From: a virus | Taxonomy: Duplodnaviria > Caudoviricetes | Direction: 5' to 3' (one strand) | IMG/VR virus record: IMGVR_UViG_3300034268_000054 | Span: 1 to 53,643 of that record | Length of the DNA stretch: 53,643 nucleotides | Shown: positions 46,125-53,643 of the stretch, in pieces | Position numbering within the stretch: the first letter of the stretch is position 1 | How the letters are laid out: each line of letters opens with the position of its first letter | The notes under the pieces: model-generated | Database searches by the model: none | Told to the model about the DNA's origin: nothing | The model's input: only the letters and a program-made list of their open reading frames with translations | Made by a program: the position numbers and the translations under genes

Positions 46125-46177
46125 CGTTTCATTTCTGACCCATTCCCGTTGACCATGCTCCGCCTCCCGGGCACAAT
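46125..46177 (+). promoter_or_regulatory. Replication-operon promoter with upstream dyad (site 7)
   Basis: CGTTTCA-TTTC-TGACC, 8 nt, TTGACC-17-CACAAT. Confidence 0.7.
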
Positions 46178-46242
46178 ACGCCCATCGAACAACTTGTTCG
46201 GCCGACTCGGCGGATTCGGTGTAGTCACTATAGACACCAACC

Positions 46243-46500
46243 ATGGAGGAATGGTTAGCCTATATGAATGAAGTTGCCGTAGGAAGCATGGGGCCGCGGG
46301 AGCAAGTCGAGTATTGGATGGAGGCGCGCGGATGGAGCCTGGAGAGAGTTGCCCGGAAGATCAAAACAGACAAAAGCAAGTTGTTCCGGGTGTTGCGGAA
46401 GGGACAGGAGCCGGACCTTCCCATGGCCGTTGGTCTAGAGGATGCTTTCGGTGTGCCGATTAGATCATGGCTCGCCGAGCCCATGAAGGCGGCGGCCTAG
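46243..46500 (+). CDS. Cro/XRE-like HTH regulator
   Basis: EARGWSLERVARKIKTDKSKLFRVLRKGQEPDLPMAVGLE; true start may be a downstream ATG. Confidence 0.75.
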   Translation: MEEWLAYMNEVAVGSMGPREQVEYWMEARGWSLERVARKIKTDKSKLFRVLRKGQEPDLPMAVGLEDAFGVPIRSWLAEPMKAAA

Positions 46501-47534
46501 TGGCAACCCTTACCAACAAATACGGGATGCCTGGGCCGGTGGTGCAGGCTGTGGAGCGCGATCCGTACACACACGGGAAGGCGGACATCTCCACTACCAC
46601 GCTGATCGCTCCTCCCCGAATCCGTCAGCTTCGGAGGCGGTATGACGAGTTCATTACGGAAGACGTGACCGATCGCATCTGGTCGCTTGTGGGGCAAGTA
46701 GGACACGCCATTCTTGAGAGAGCGGCCGGCAAGCGCCACGCGGGCGAGGTGATCGAAAGAATAGCCGCCGTTCTGGGATCGAGCGAGGGCGGCCCGCGGA
46801 CGAAGCTGGCACAAATCGAGGGAGCCGTGAAGCGCTTTCTCGCGCCAGAGGACGGACTGATTATCGAGCGGCGCTTCTACATGGAGCGGCAAGGCTGGGT
46901 GATCTCGGGCCAGATGGACCTCCTGCGATCCGACGCGAGCGAGCGGTGGGGAATCAACGACTACAAATTCACCTCCGTTTGGTCTGTCATCCGCGGCGGC
47001 AAGGAGGAGTGGGCAAGCCAGTTGAACGTCTACGCACACCTCGCTCGGGAGAACGGGATCGACCCTCGGGATCTCACGATCATTCCGATCTTCCGAGATT
47101 GGAAGAAGGGCGACATGCGGAAGGCCCGACTCACTGGCGACAACTATCCGGACAAGCAGATCATCCGCTTTCCGATTGAGATGTGGAGCCCCGAGCGGAC
47201 GGAGGAATACATCCTCGAAAGACTCCAAATGCACCAGGATGCGGAGCGCCAGAGGACGGGAAGCCTTCCGTTCTGCACGGACAAGGATCGCTGGCTTTAC
47301 GGCACGACCTGGGCCATCAAGAAGAAGGGAGGCAAGCGCGCTCTGTCGGGGAGCGTGAGCGACACTTTCGAGGCGGCGAAGGAATTCCTCGAATCACTTG
47401 GCGACGAAAAGAAAGGAGACCATTACATCGAAAAGCGGGAGGGGACTCCCATTAGATGCATCGACTACTGCAATGCAGCGCCTTTCTGCACTCAGCACCA
47501 GGAGTGGGAAGCCGCAAATACCAGCAACAATTAA
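46500..47534 (+). CDS. PD-(D/E)XK (Cas4/RecB-like) exonuclease
   Basis: ISTTTL, GQVGHAILE, ISGQMDL, DYKFT, QLNVY, C-terminal RC..YC...FC; GTG start coupled to the upstream stop. Confidence 0.8.
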   Translation: MATLTNKYGMPGPVVQAVERDPYTHGKADISTTTLIAPPRIRQLRRRYDEFITEDVTDRIWSLVGQVGHAILERAAGKRHAGEVIERIAAVLGSSEGGPRTKLAQIEGAVKRFLAPEDGLIIERRFYMERQGWVISGQMDLLRSDASERWGINDYKFTSVWSVIRGGKEEWASQLNVYAHLARENGIDPRDLTIIPIFRDWKKGDMRKARLTGDNYPDKQIIRFPIEMWSPERTEEYILERLQMHQDAERQRTGSLPFCTDKDRWLYGTTWAIKKKGGKRALSGSVSDTFEAAKEFLESLGDEKKGDHYIEKREGTPIRCIDYCNAAPFCTQHQEWEAANTSNN

Positions 47535-47565
47535 CGCGATAAACCGCAAGGAGAGATCCTAGAGC

Positions 47566-48162
47566 ATGTACGAAGAGTTCGATGACGTTCCCTCAATGTC
47601 CGAATCCACTGGTGGCTACGAGCTGCCGAGCATCGATGTCCATGACGCCGTGATCGCCGAGCTGAAGTACGACGGCGAGAAGCCGAACATCTATAAGCCC
47701 GGCAAGATGCGTCGTCAGGGAATCCTGGTCTTCCAGTTGGACGAGCGGAACGAGGAGGAGGGTCAGTACAAGGGCAAGCGCAAAGAGATCCGGCTGTACT
47801 TCACCTGGGCGTGGGGCTCGAAGGAGAAGCCCTCGAAGATCCGCGAGCTGCTCGAAGCGTGGCGGGGCAAGCCCTTCACCGAGGACGAGCTGGCGAAGTA
47901 CGGCGCGCCGAAGGAGCTGGCGGCTCTCTTGGCCGGCAAGTCATGCCGCGTGAACGTGATCCACAAGAAGGGGCAGGACAACAACATGCGGGCGCGGGTG
48001 GCCGGCATCATCAAGGCCAAGAATCCGATGCAGCCCGAGGACTACGTTCCGATCGCCCAGCGCAAGAAGAAGGACGACCAGGGTACCGCGGCGACTCCCT
48101 CGGCGGCTCCGTCCGGCGGCGGCTTCGACCCGTTGCCCGACGATGACGACATTCCGTTCTAA
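47566..48162 (+). CDS. Single-stranded DNA-binding / replication organiser protein
   Basis: LLEAWRGKPFT, LAGKSCRVNV; acidic DDDDIPF tail. Confidence 0.75.
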   Translation: MYEEFDDVPSMSESTGGYELPSIDVHDAVIAELKYDGEKPNIYKPGKMRRQGILVFQLDERNEEEGQYKGKRKEIRLYFTWAWGSKEKPSKIRELLEAWRGKPFTEDELAKYGAPKELAALLAGKSCRVNVIHKKGQDNNMRARVAGIIKAKNPMQPEDYVPIAQRKKKDDQGTAATPSAAPSGGGFDPLPDDDDIPF

Positions 48163-48198
48163 GAATCAGCCCGGCTTCAGGAAAGGAGAGTGCAGGGA

Positions 48199-48330
48199 AT
48201 GAGAGTGAAGACAACGAAGTCGGGAGAGGTGGTCATCACGTTTCGCTACCGGCAGGGGCTCGGGTTTCGAGTCTTCGCTGATCGCCAGGAGTATCGCGCC
48301 TGGACGCGGCGCCGGAAGGTGAGCCGGTAG
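48199..48330 (+). CDS. Small basic ORF (43 aa, not in ORF track)
   Basis: AAAGGAG RBS; MRVKTTKSGEVVITFRYRQG... Confidence 0.55.
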   Translation: MRVKTTKSGEVVITFRYRQGLGFRVFADRQEYRAWTRRRKVSR

Positions 48331-48331
48331 A

Positions 48332-48862
48332 ATGAGTCAAGGTCTCTTCGACAGCATTGCGCTCCCGTCAAGCGAGAGCGGAGAACAAAAGATTCAGCCC
48401 GAGAGGCTGCTTCTTGCTGCGGCAGCAATGTCCGCCGGTCACCGAGGGCGCGATGCTGTCGTTGAGGCCGACCTTGTTCTTTCCATTCTTCGCGGCAAGC
48501 CCGAGAAGAGGAGGTCGGCTCAACAAGAAGCCGTGAGAACAATCGAGCTGATCTTTGCCGACTACCAGCAAGCCCCGCCTAAGCCCCAGGTGATTGCGCG
48601 CTGGATTAAAACGATGGGTGATTGCGATCGACTCGCAGTCTTGATTCGATCGCTCGGGGACTCGGGACATCTCGACAAGGGGCACGCCTATGTATTCGCC
48701 GCCGTCTCCCGCCAGGGTGGGGAGTCATCGAATGCGCCGAGGCCGCAGGCTTCGGCCGCGGGGCTCGCGCACGGGACCGAGCTACCAACGGGAATGATCT
48801 GGTCGGCTACCGCTGGGCGCGCCATGACCAGACAAGAATTCGAGTCGGAGGTAGCGGTTTGA
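48332..48862 (+). CDS. Hypothetical protein
   Basis: In the replication operon; overlaps the next start. Confidence 0.65.
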   Translation: MSQGLFDSIALPSSESGEQKIQPERLLLAAAAMSAGHRGRDAVVEADLVLSILRGKPEKRRSAQQEAVRTIELIFADYQQAPPKPQVIARWIKTMGDCDRLAVLIRSLGDSGHLDKGHAYVFAAVSRQGGESSNAPRPQASAAGLAHGTELPTGMIWSATAGRAMTRQEFESEVAV

Positions 48863-50511
48863 GTGAGGCGTTGCGATACGCGTTGTCCTATGCAACAAAG
48901 CTAGGCTGGCCCATCTTTCCGCTGGTGCCGCGGACTAAGCGCCCGCTGACGCACAACGGATTCAAGAGCGCGACCACTGACGAAGACAGGATTCGCCACT
49001 GGTGGACGCAAACTCCGGACGCCGGGATCGGCTGTCCGATTCCTCCGGGATATCTCGTTCTTGATCTCGACACCGAGGATGCTCTTCATCGCTTGCGGGC
49101 AATGGACTTCGACGTTCCCGCTACTGCGCACGCCCTGACGGCGAGAGGTCACCACTTCTGGTTTACTAATCCAGACGGAGACTTCTTCGGTGCGCAACGC
49201 CGGGTCTTTGAGGTCGGCGACGTTAAGGGCAAGAATGGTTATGTTGTTCTGCCGCCCTCAGTTCACCCCACCGGGGTGATTTACGAATGGGACACGCCGC
49301 CGCGAGACAAGGCGACGCAGAACCTCAACATTTGTGAGGCGCCGGAATGGTTACTCGCCGAGCTGCATCGCCAAGTAGAGGCCGGAGTCAGCGCTGAGGC
49401 GCCGAATCTCGCAGGCTCCGGCAACGCATCAAGCATCTTCGTCACGGGAGTGCAGGAGGGGGCGCGCAACCGGGAGGTCTTCCGGTATGCGAGCCGCCTT
49501 AGAGGAGTCGGCCTCAATTTCGAGGAGGCCAGGTCGCTGGTGCTGGACTTGGCGGCTAGATGCACTCCGCCGCTCGACAAGGGCGAGGCGATTGTCTGCC
49601 TCCAGTCAGCCTGGAGAAGGTACGACCCTAACCCGGAGAAGTCAGACGAGCAAGCGGCGGAGGTGGAGACCGAGATCGGCGGAATGATTTCCGACGAAGA
49701 CTTCGGAATCACGGATGTCTCCACGATCTTGGACGCAAACTATCCGGCCATTAACTGGTTAGTACCAGGATTGATCGCTGAAGGGCTTACGGTTTTGTAC
49801 TCCTCGCCGAAGATTGGAAAGAGCTGGGCATCATTCAATCTGTCGGCGGCAGTCGCTTGCGGAGGATCGGTGCTGGGGAAGTTTCGAGCGAGTCAGGCCG
49901 AGGTTCTTTACCTTGACCTGGAGCAGCCCGACAGAAAGACGCAATCGCGACTCAAGGCAATTCCGGGGATGCCGCGCCACGGTATTAAGTTTGCGCACGA
50001 GTGGGAGCGTCACGACAAGGGAGGCTTCGACAAGCTTGATCGCCTTCTCAAGTTGCGCCCAGCTATCAAGCTGGTAGTGATCGACGTTCTCAACAAGGTG
50101 ATCGGCAAGAAGCCGCAAGGCGGAAACGCCTATGAGGTGGAGTACGAGATCTATTCGTGGCTTCAGCAGATCTTCAGTGTCAACGGAGTTGCCGGTGTGG
50201 CGCTTCACCACGACAACAAAAGCCTGTCGAGTGATCCGTTCGACAAGATGTCGGGGAGTCGAGCGCTCTTCGGAGTTGCTGACACGGTGCTGCATCTCTC
50301 GCGCAAGCGGGGAACGCAAGACGGAGAGTTGAGCGCCACGGGCAGAGAGATCGAAGACCGCGTGATGAAGGTGCGGTTCGATCCTGTCGTTCGGTCTTGG
50401 GTTGTTATTGATGACCCTGCGGACGCTGCGCCGCACATGAGCGGCGGTTACGTGAGGACGCCGTACGCTGACGGACCAGACGATGATGACGAAGAAGAGG
50501 TCCCGGTTTAA
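48859..50511 (+). CDS. Bifunctional primase-polymerase fused to RepA-like (AAA_25) helicase
   Basis: WPIFPL, KRPL, GFKSAT, LDLD, GHH, YVVLPPSVH; EGARN PriCT-like; SSPKIGKS, LYLDLE, VVIDVL, LHHDNK; TTG start with GGAGG RBS. Confidence 0.88.
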   Translation: MSEALRYALSYATKLGWPIFPLVPRTKRPLTHNGFKSATTDEDRIRHWWTQTPDAGIGCPIPPGYLVLDLDTEDALHRLRAMDFDVPATAHALTARGHHFWFTNPDGDFFGAQRRVFEVGDVKGKNGYVVLPPSVHPTGVIYEWDTPPRDKATQNLNICEAPEWLLAELHRQVEAGVSAEAPNLAGSGNASSIFVTGVQEGARNREVFRYASRLRGVGLNFEEARSLVLDLAARCTPPLDKGEAIVCLQSAWRRYDPNPEKSDEQAAEVETEIGGMISDEDFGITDVSTILDANYPAINWLVPGLIAEGLTVLYSSPKIGKSWASFNLSAAVACGGSVLGKFRASQAEVLYLDLEQPDRKTQSRLKAIPGMPRHGIKFAHEWERHDKGGFDKLDRLLKLRPAIKLVVIDVLNKVIGKKPQGGNAYEVEYEIYSWLQQIFSVNGVAGVALHHDNKSLSSDPFDKMSGSRALFGVADTVLHLSRKRGTQDGELSATGREIEDRVMKVRFDPVVRSWVVIDDPADAAPHMSGGYVRTPYADGPDDDDEEEVPV

Positions 50512-51078
50512 GTGGAACACAAGCTGGCGAAGTGCGACCCTGAGTGCCTGGGGTGCGCGGCGTGTATCAACGGCGTCGAATTCTGCGAGACGTGCGGATC
50601 TCTCAGTAACGCGTTAGCGGCAGAGTGTCCGGGCGAGAGGCTCGACGGCGACCAGCTCGACGCCTTGTACTACGGGCTCGCGCAATACGTGAGCGGCCGA
50701 TGGCTGGTGAAGATCGACCTGACGTGCCCGGCGCGCTACACGAAGGACGAGCTGCAATCGGAGTGGCGCTCCTGGGATAAGGATGAACGAGCCTATTACA
50801 AGGAGTGGCTAGAGTTCGCCCGCTATTCAGAGAAGGAAGAGCTTGAGGCGGCGAGCTACGCGGCGCATATGGTCAGAGTCAAGAGAAGAAATTCAGCTTG
50901 GTTGCCGGACGTCACTGTGCCGTGCAAGGAACATAAACCTAGCATCGTCTACTGCGGACGGTGCGGATTCTTAAGGGAGGAGGCGGAGAATGAGGGGAAC
51001 CAGTCTCAGCGCGCGGCGGTCGATCTCGGCAGGGACCCTTCGGGACCGGGTGATGGAAACGATCACCCTCTTCCCTGA
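50512..51078 (+). CDS. Cys-rich hypothetical protein
   Basis: Several CxxC motifs; abuts the upstream stop. Confidence 0.6.
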   Translation: MEHKLAKCDPECLGCAACINGVEFCETCGSLSNALAAECPGERLDGDQLDALYYGLAQYVSGRWLVKIDLTCPARYTKDELQSEWRSWDKDERAYYKEWLEFARYSEKEELEAASYAAHMVRVKRRNSAWLPDVTVPCKEHKPSIVYCGRCGFLREEAENEGNQSQRAAVDLGRDPSGPGDGNDHPLP

Positions 51079-51262
51079 AGGTCTTACGTGCGATGAAGTC
51101 GAGGACTTGATGGGCGGTCGGCACCAGACCATCTCTCCTCGTATTAACGAGTTGTGGTCGGATGGGAAACTGGACGACTCTGGACATCGACGCCTTACCC
51201 GAAGTGGGCGGCAGGCGATCGTCTGGGTGGTCGCGAAGAAGGAGGAAGAGAAGGCGGCATGA
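50990..51262 (+). CDS. Winged-HTH DNA-binding protein
   Basis: GLTCDEVE..HQTISPRINEL..TRSGRQAIVW. Confidence 0.75.
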   Translation: MRGTSLSARRSISAGTLRDRVMETITLFPEGLTCDEVEDLMGGRHQTISPRINELWSDGKLDDSGHRRLTRSGRQAIVWVVAKKEEEKAA

Positions 51263-51501
51263 GAGAGACAGTGATTCATTCATGGGGAGATCGAACGCTG
51301 GTCGATCTCGGCGGCGGGAGAGGCGAGTATCGATCCGGCGAAAAGACGCAGCAGTTTGACCTCAGAGGGAAGTCGATCTTCGCCGAGCTTTGCCGCGCCG
51401 CCGAGTCCCTTTCAATCCTCCGCCAGGAGATGGGAAATCTTCGCGCGGTCTATCACGATGAGGGACTGGACATTGAGCCGGGATTCCTCGACGACCTCTG
51501 A
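51259..51501 (+). CDS. Hypothetical protein
   Basis: ATGA overlap with the previous gene. Confidence 0.55.
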   Translation: MRETVIHSWGDRTLVDLGGGRGEYRSGEKTQQFDLRGKSIFAELCRAAESLSILRQEMGNLRAVYHDEGLDIEPGFLDDL

Positions 51502-51514
51502 GCAGGAAACGATC

Positions 51515-51745
51515 ATGCTGACGGTTGACACCGTTAGCCAGCTTCACCCTGGCATCAAGCCAAAGACGCTCAGGAAGTGGATCTTCAACGCCAAGGACCG
51601 GAAGGCTTCGGTTCAAGGCAAGCTGGTCGTAGTCAAAGGAAACGGATTCGATACCGCAATCGTCCGCGTTGGGCGCAAGGTATTCATTGACAACGCTCGA
51701 CTCATTGCATGGATGAGAGAGCAAAACAAGAATCGGGAGGACTAG
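51515..51745 (+). CDS. Excisionase/AlpA-like small DNA-binding protein
   Basis: TLRKWIF..NGFDTAIVRVGRKVFID..LIAW. Confidence 0.6.
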   Translation: MLTVDTVSQLHPGIKPKTLRKWIFNAKDRKASVQGKLVVVKGNGFDTAIVRVGRKVFIDNARLIAWMREQNKNRED

Positions 51746-51750
51746 AACCT

Positions 51751-52254
51751 ATGTCGAGCTTCGCCATCGTCAGCACCGACCTCAAAGCCAATCGCAACTA
51801 CCTGGGCCACCTCACCTCGGTCGAGACCGCGGACGGCGCCAGCCTCGCCAGCGTCAACCTCGGCGCCGGGCGCCTGGGCGATGCGATCCTTACCGCCGCG
51901 ATCGACCGCTGGAACGGACAGCACGGCGAGCACATGACGCTGAAGGACTTCGAGGCCGCCATCGCGCACTACTCGGGCACGGATAGCGTCCTTGACCACG
52001 AGCCATCCCTCGGCTCGCTCGCCATCGCGCTCGTCGCGGGCGCCGGGAAGGCCGCCGGGACCTTGGCCGACGCCGCGAGTCAGGATCGGCCGCTCGGGAC
52101 CTTCGAGCGCCACCTGCTGGCCCAGGGGCTCGGCGACGTGCTGGTGACCCTGGCGCACCTCGCCGAAGCGCTGGAGGTTCCCATGCCGGCCATCGCCTGC
52201 GGCGCCCTGGTGGCGCGGTCGCCTATGGTCAACAACGCGGCGTTGCACCGCTAA
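51751..52254 (+). CDS. Degenerate MazG-like protein
   Basis: LGDVLVTLAHLAEALEV resembles MazG helices but lacks the ExxE acids; GGAGG RBS. Confidence 0.5.
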   Translation: MSSFAIVSTDLKANRNYLGHLTSVETADGASLASVNLGAGRLGDAILTAAIDRWNGQHGEHMTLKDFEAAIAHYSGTDSVLDHEPSLGSLAIALVAGAGKAAGTLADAASQDRPLGTFERHLLAQGLGDVLVTLAHLAEALEVPMPAIACGALVARSPMVNNAALHR

Positions 52255-52272
52255 AGAGCGGAGGGAGATAGC

Positions 52273-53643
52273 TCAGACAGCGGACTCTTTGGTCGCAAGA
52301 GGGTCCGCTGCCTGAGTCCGCCACTGGTTGCGAATAAAGCGCCGAGACCGGATAAGAAGCGCCTCGCCTACAACTTGCTCTCCTGCGCGACTTCTCAACC
52401 CCGTCCACAATTCACGCATTTGTCGCTCGGAAGAATCGTCCAGCTCCAGGTATTCAAGCTGAGACAAGGCTTCATCGCAAATTTGACACGCGCTGGCAAA
52501 GTCACCTCTACGAATGTATGAACCGAACACATATATCAGGTCGAGATAGAGAGCCTTGGCAGATCGCTGCTCCAAATCTACAGCAATCACCTCTCTGAAT
52601 ACCGCGTCCGCCTCCTCCAGCCGACCCTCGCCCTCCAGTAGTCGCCCCGCCATGAACCGCCGCCTCAACTGGAAGAATGGGTCTGAGAATTGATCCCAAA
52701 TCTCGCTCAACTCCATGTACAGACGCAGTGCTTCCGCAACCTGCCCAAGCGTAATAAGGCAATCTATTCTCGTGCTTCCGGCCAGTATTTGAAGCCGCTT
52801 CTCGTCTGGACCGATTAGGGGTTCGACGGCTCGAATGTAGGAAAGGCTCTTGCTTGGATCGGCATCCATCCAAATATAGCCGAGCTGAATCAGTGTCCGC
52901 GTTAAGAGGTACCGTTCGTCGGCTGCCTCGAAACAGGCTCTCGCCGATTGAAGCTTCTCGTCAGCTACCGCTAAATTCCCCAGGTCATCCTCAATCGCCC
53001 CTTCTACTGCCAGGAACATACCCTCGACCGCAGGAGAACCCGATCCGCTCGCCGCGAATCTCCTTCCCTCTGCTATCGCCTGCCCCGCCGCCTTCCATCT
53101 CGCCGACCTCCTCCTGGCGCTGGCGAGTTCAACGCAGCACTCCCCTTTCGCGTCAGCGCGGACCGTCTCGGCGTACTCATTGGGGCCGAGCTGCTCGGCG
53201 ACCAAAAGCGCAAGGCTGGACCACTCCTCAGCCTCAAGGGGGAGTGATCGACGTGCTTCAGCAAGAAGCTCGTCCACCAAGGCTCGCGTCTTTTCAACCC
53301 GTTGGCGGGAAAGAGCTTCTCTCCTAGCTTTTTGCTTGAGCGGCTTGATGTTGCCCAGCACCGCCTGCGCAACCAGGCGCTCCACAAGCGCCTTCCTTTC
53401 AATCCGAAAACGGGCTACAAGCGCCGACAACGATGGATCGCGCTCCACCTGTGCCGCCAGCGACCGATCCTCGAATCCGCGCGAGCACGCCCTCTCTAGG
53501 AGGAGGAGGGTTTGGGTGGCTTTGTTCCAGCAGCTTGGACATCCAAAGAGGTGTTCGGCCAAGCGCCTCGTCTCTGCTGAGGTCGCAGAGGGAGATGCGA
53601 GAGCCTCAAGCTCGCCCACGGAAGGGTGGCGAGACGTGTTCAT
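52273..53643 (-). CDS. TPR-like helical repeat protein with N-terminal HxxxCxxC motif
   Basis: EHLFGCPSC anti-sigma-type zinc motif; TPR-like helices; codon usage unlike the phage core. Confidence 0.7.
   Translation of the reverse strand: MNTSRHPSVGELEALASPSATSAETRRLAEHLFGCPSCWNKATQTLLLLERACSRGFEDRSLAAQVERDPSLSALVARFRIERKALVERLVAQAVLGNIKPLKQKARREALSRQRVEKTRALVDELLAEARRSLPLEAEEWSSLALLVAEQLGPNEYAETVRADAKGECCVELASARRRSARWKAAGQAIAEGRRFAASGSGSPAVEGMFLAVEGAIEDDLGNLAVADEKLQSARACFEAADERYLLTRTLIQLGYIWMDADPSKSLSYIRAVEPLIGPDEKRLQILAGSTRIDCLITLGQVAEALRLYMELSEIWDQFSDPFFQLRRRFMAGRLLEGEGRLEEADAVFREVIAVDLEQRSAKALYLDLIYVFGSYIRRGDFASACQICDEALSQLEYLELDDSSERQMRELWTGLRSRAGEQVVGEALLIRSRRFIRNQWRTQAADPLATKESAV

Larger units (their letters stand above)
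857..52254. mobile_element. Tailed phage/prophage genome, podovirus-like; boundaries approximate
   Basis: Terminase, portal, capsid, adaptor/nozzle, ejection proteins, lysis and replication modules in canonical order; no tape measure or sheath; no att sites or integrase seen. Confidence 0.9.

Noticed and set aside
46500-47534. Cas4 as evidence of CRISPR-Cas
   Set aside because: Stand-alone PD-(D/E)XK nuclease beside SSB in a replication operon, which is normal for phages
1-53643. Terminal repeats, att sites, tRNAs, reverse transcriptase/DGR
   Set aside because: None recognised by eye; a self-dotplot and tRNAscan would be needed to exclude them fully

Overview
This 53.6 kb GC-rich window reads as an essentially complete podovirus-type phage or prophage genome. 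A long leftward late block (about 5.1-36.3 kb) encodes TerS/TerL, a P22-like portal, scaffold, an N4-gp56/DUF4043-like major capsid protein, adaptor, nozzle, GNAT and 2OG-Fe(II) oxygenase, three ejection proteins (one a 1864-aa LPD38-type polyvalent protein), a lysis cassette, nucleotide-processing enzymes and secreted morons. A rightward early/middle block (38.2-52.3 kb, logically continuing at 0.86-5.0 kb) encodes small host-takeover genes, a MoxR-like AAA / DUF3150-like / DUF2201-VWA triad, a Cro-like HTH, a PD-(D/E)XK nuclease, SSB, a primase-polymerase/helicase, RusA and MazG-like proteins. No integrase, replicative DNA polymerase, tRNA or CRISPR array was seen. The standout feature is four ~64-nt type II hammerhead ribozymes with intact cores, covarying stems and a loop-tail pseudoknot. 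They punctuate the early operon, three of them 1-3 nt after stop codons, and two bracket a candidate SAM lyase. A second genome-wide signal is a dyad (CGTnTCA-N4-TGAnA) 7-8 nt upstream of the -35 box of seven putative middle/late promoters. The host may be an Acidobacteriota (Thermoanaerobaculia-like) bacterium, inferred only from remembered protein-family resemblance. All family calls come from reading motifs by eye; no database searches were run.
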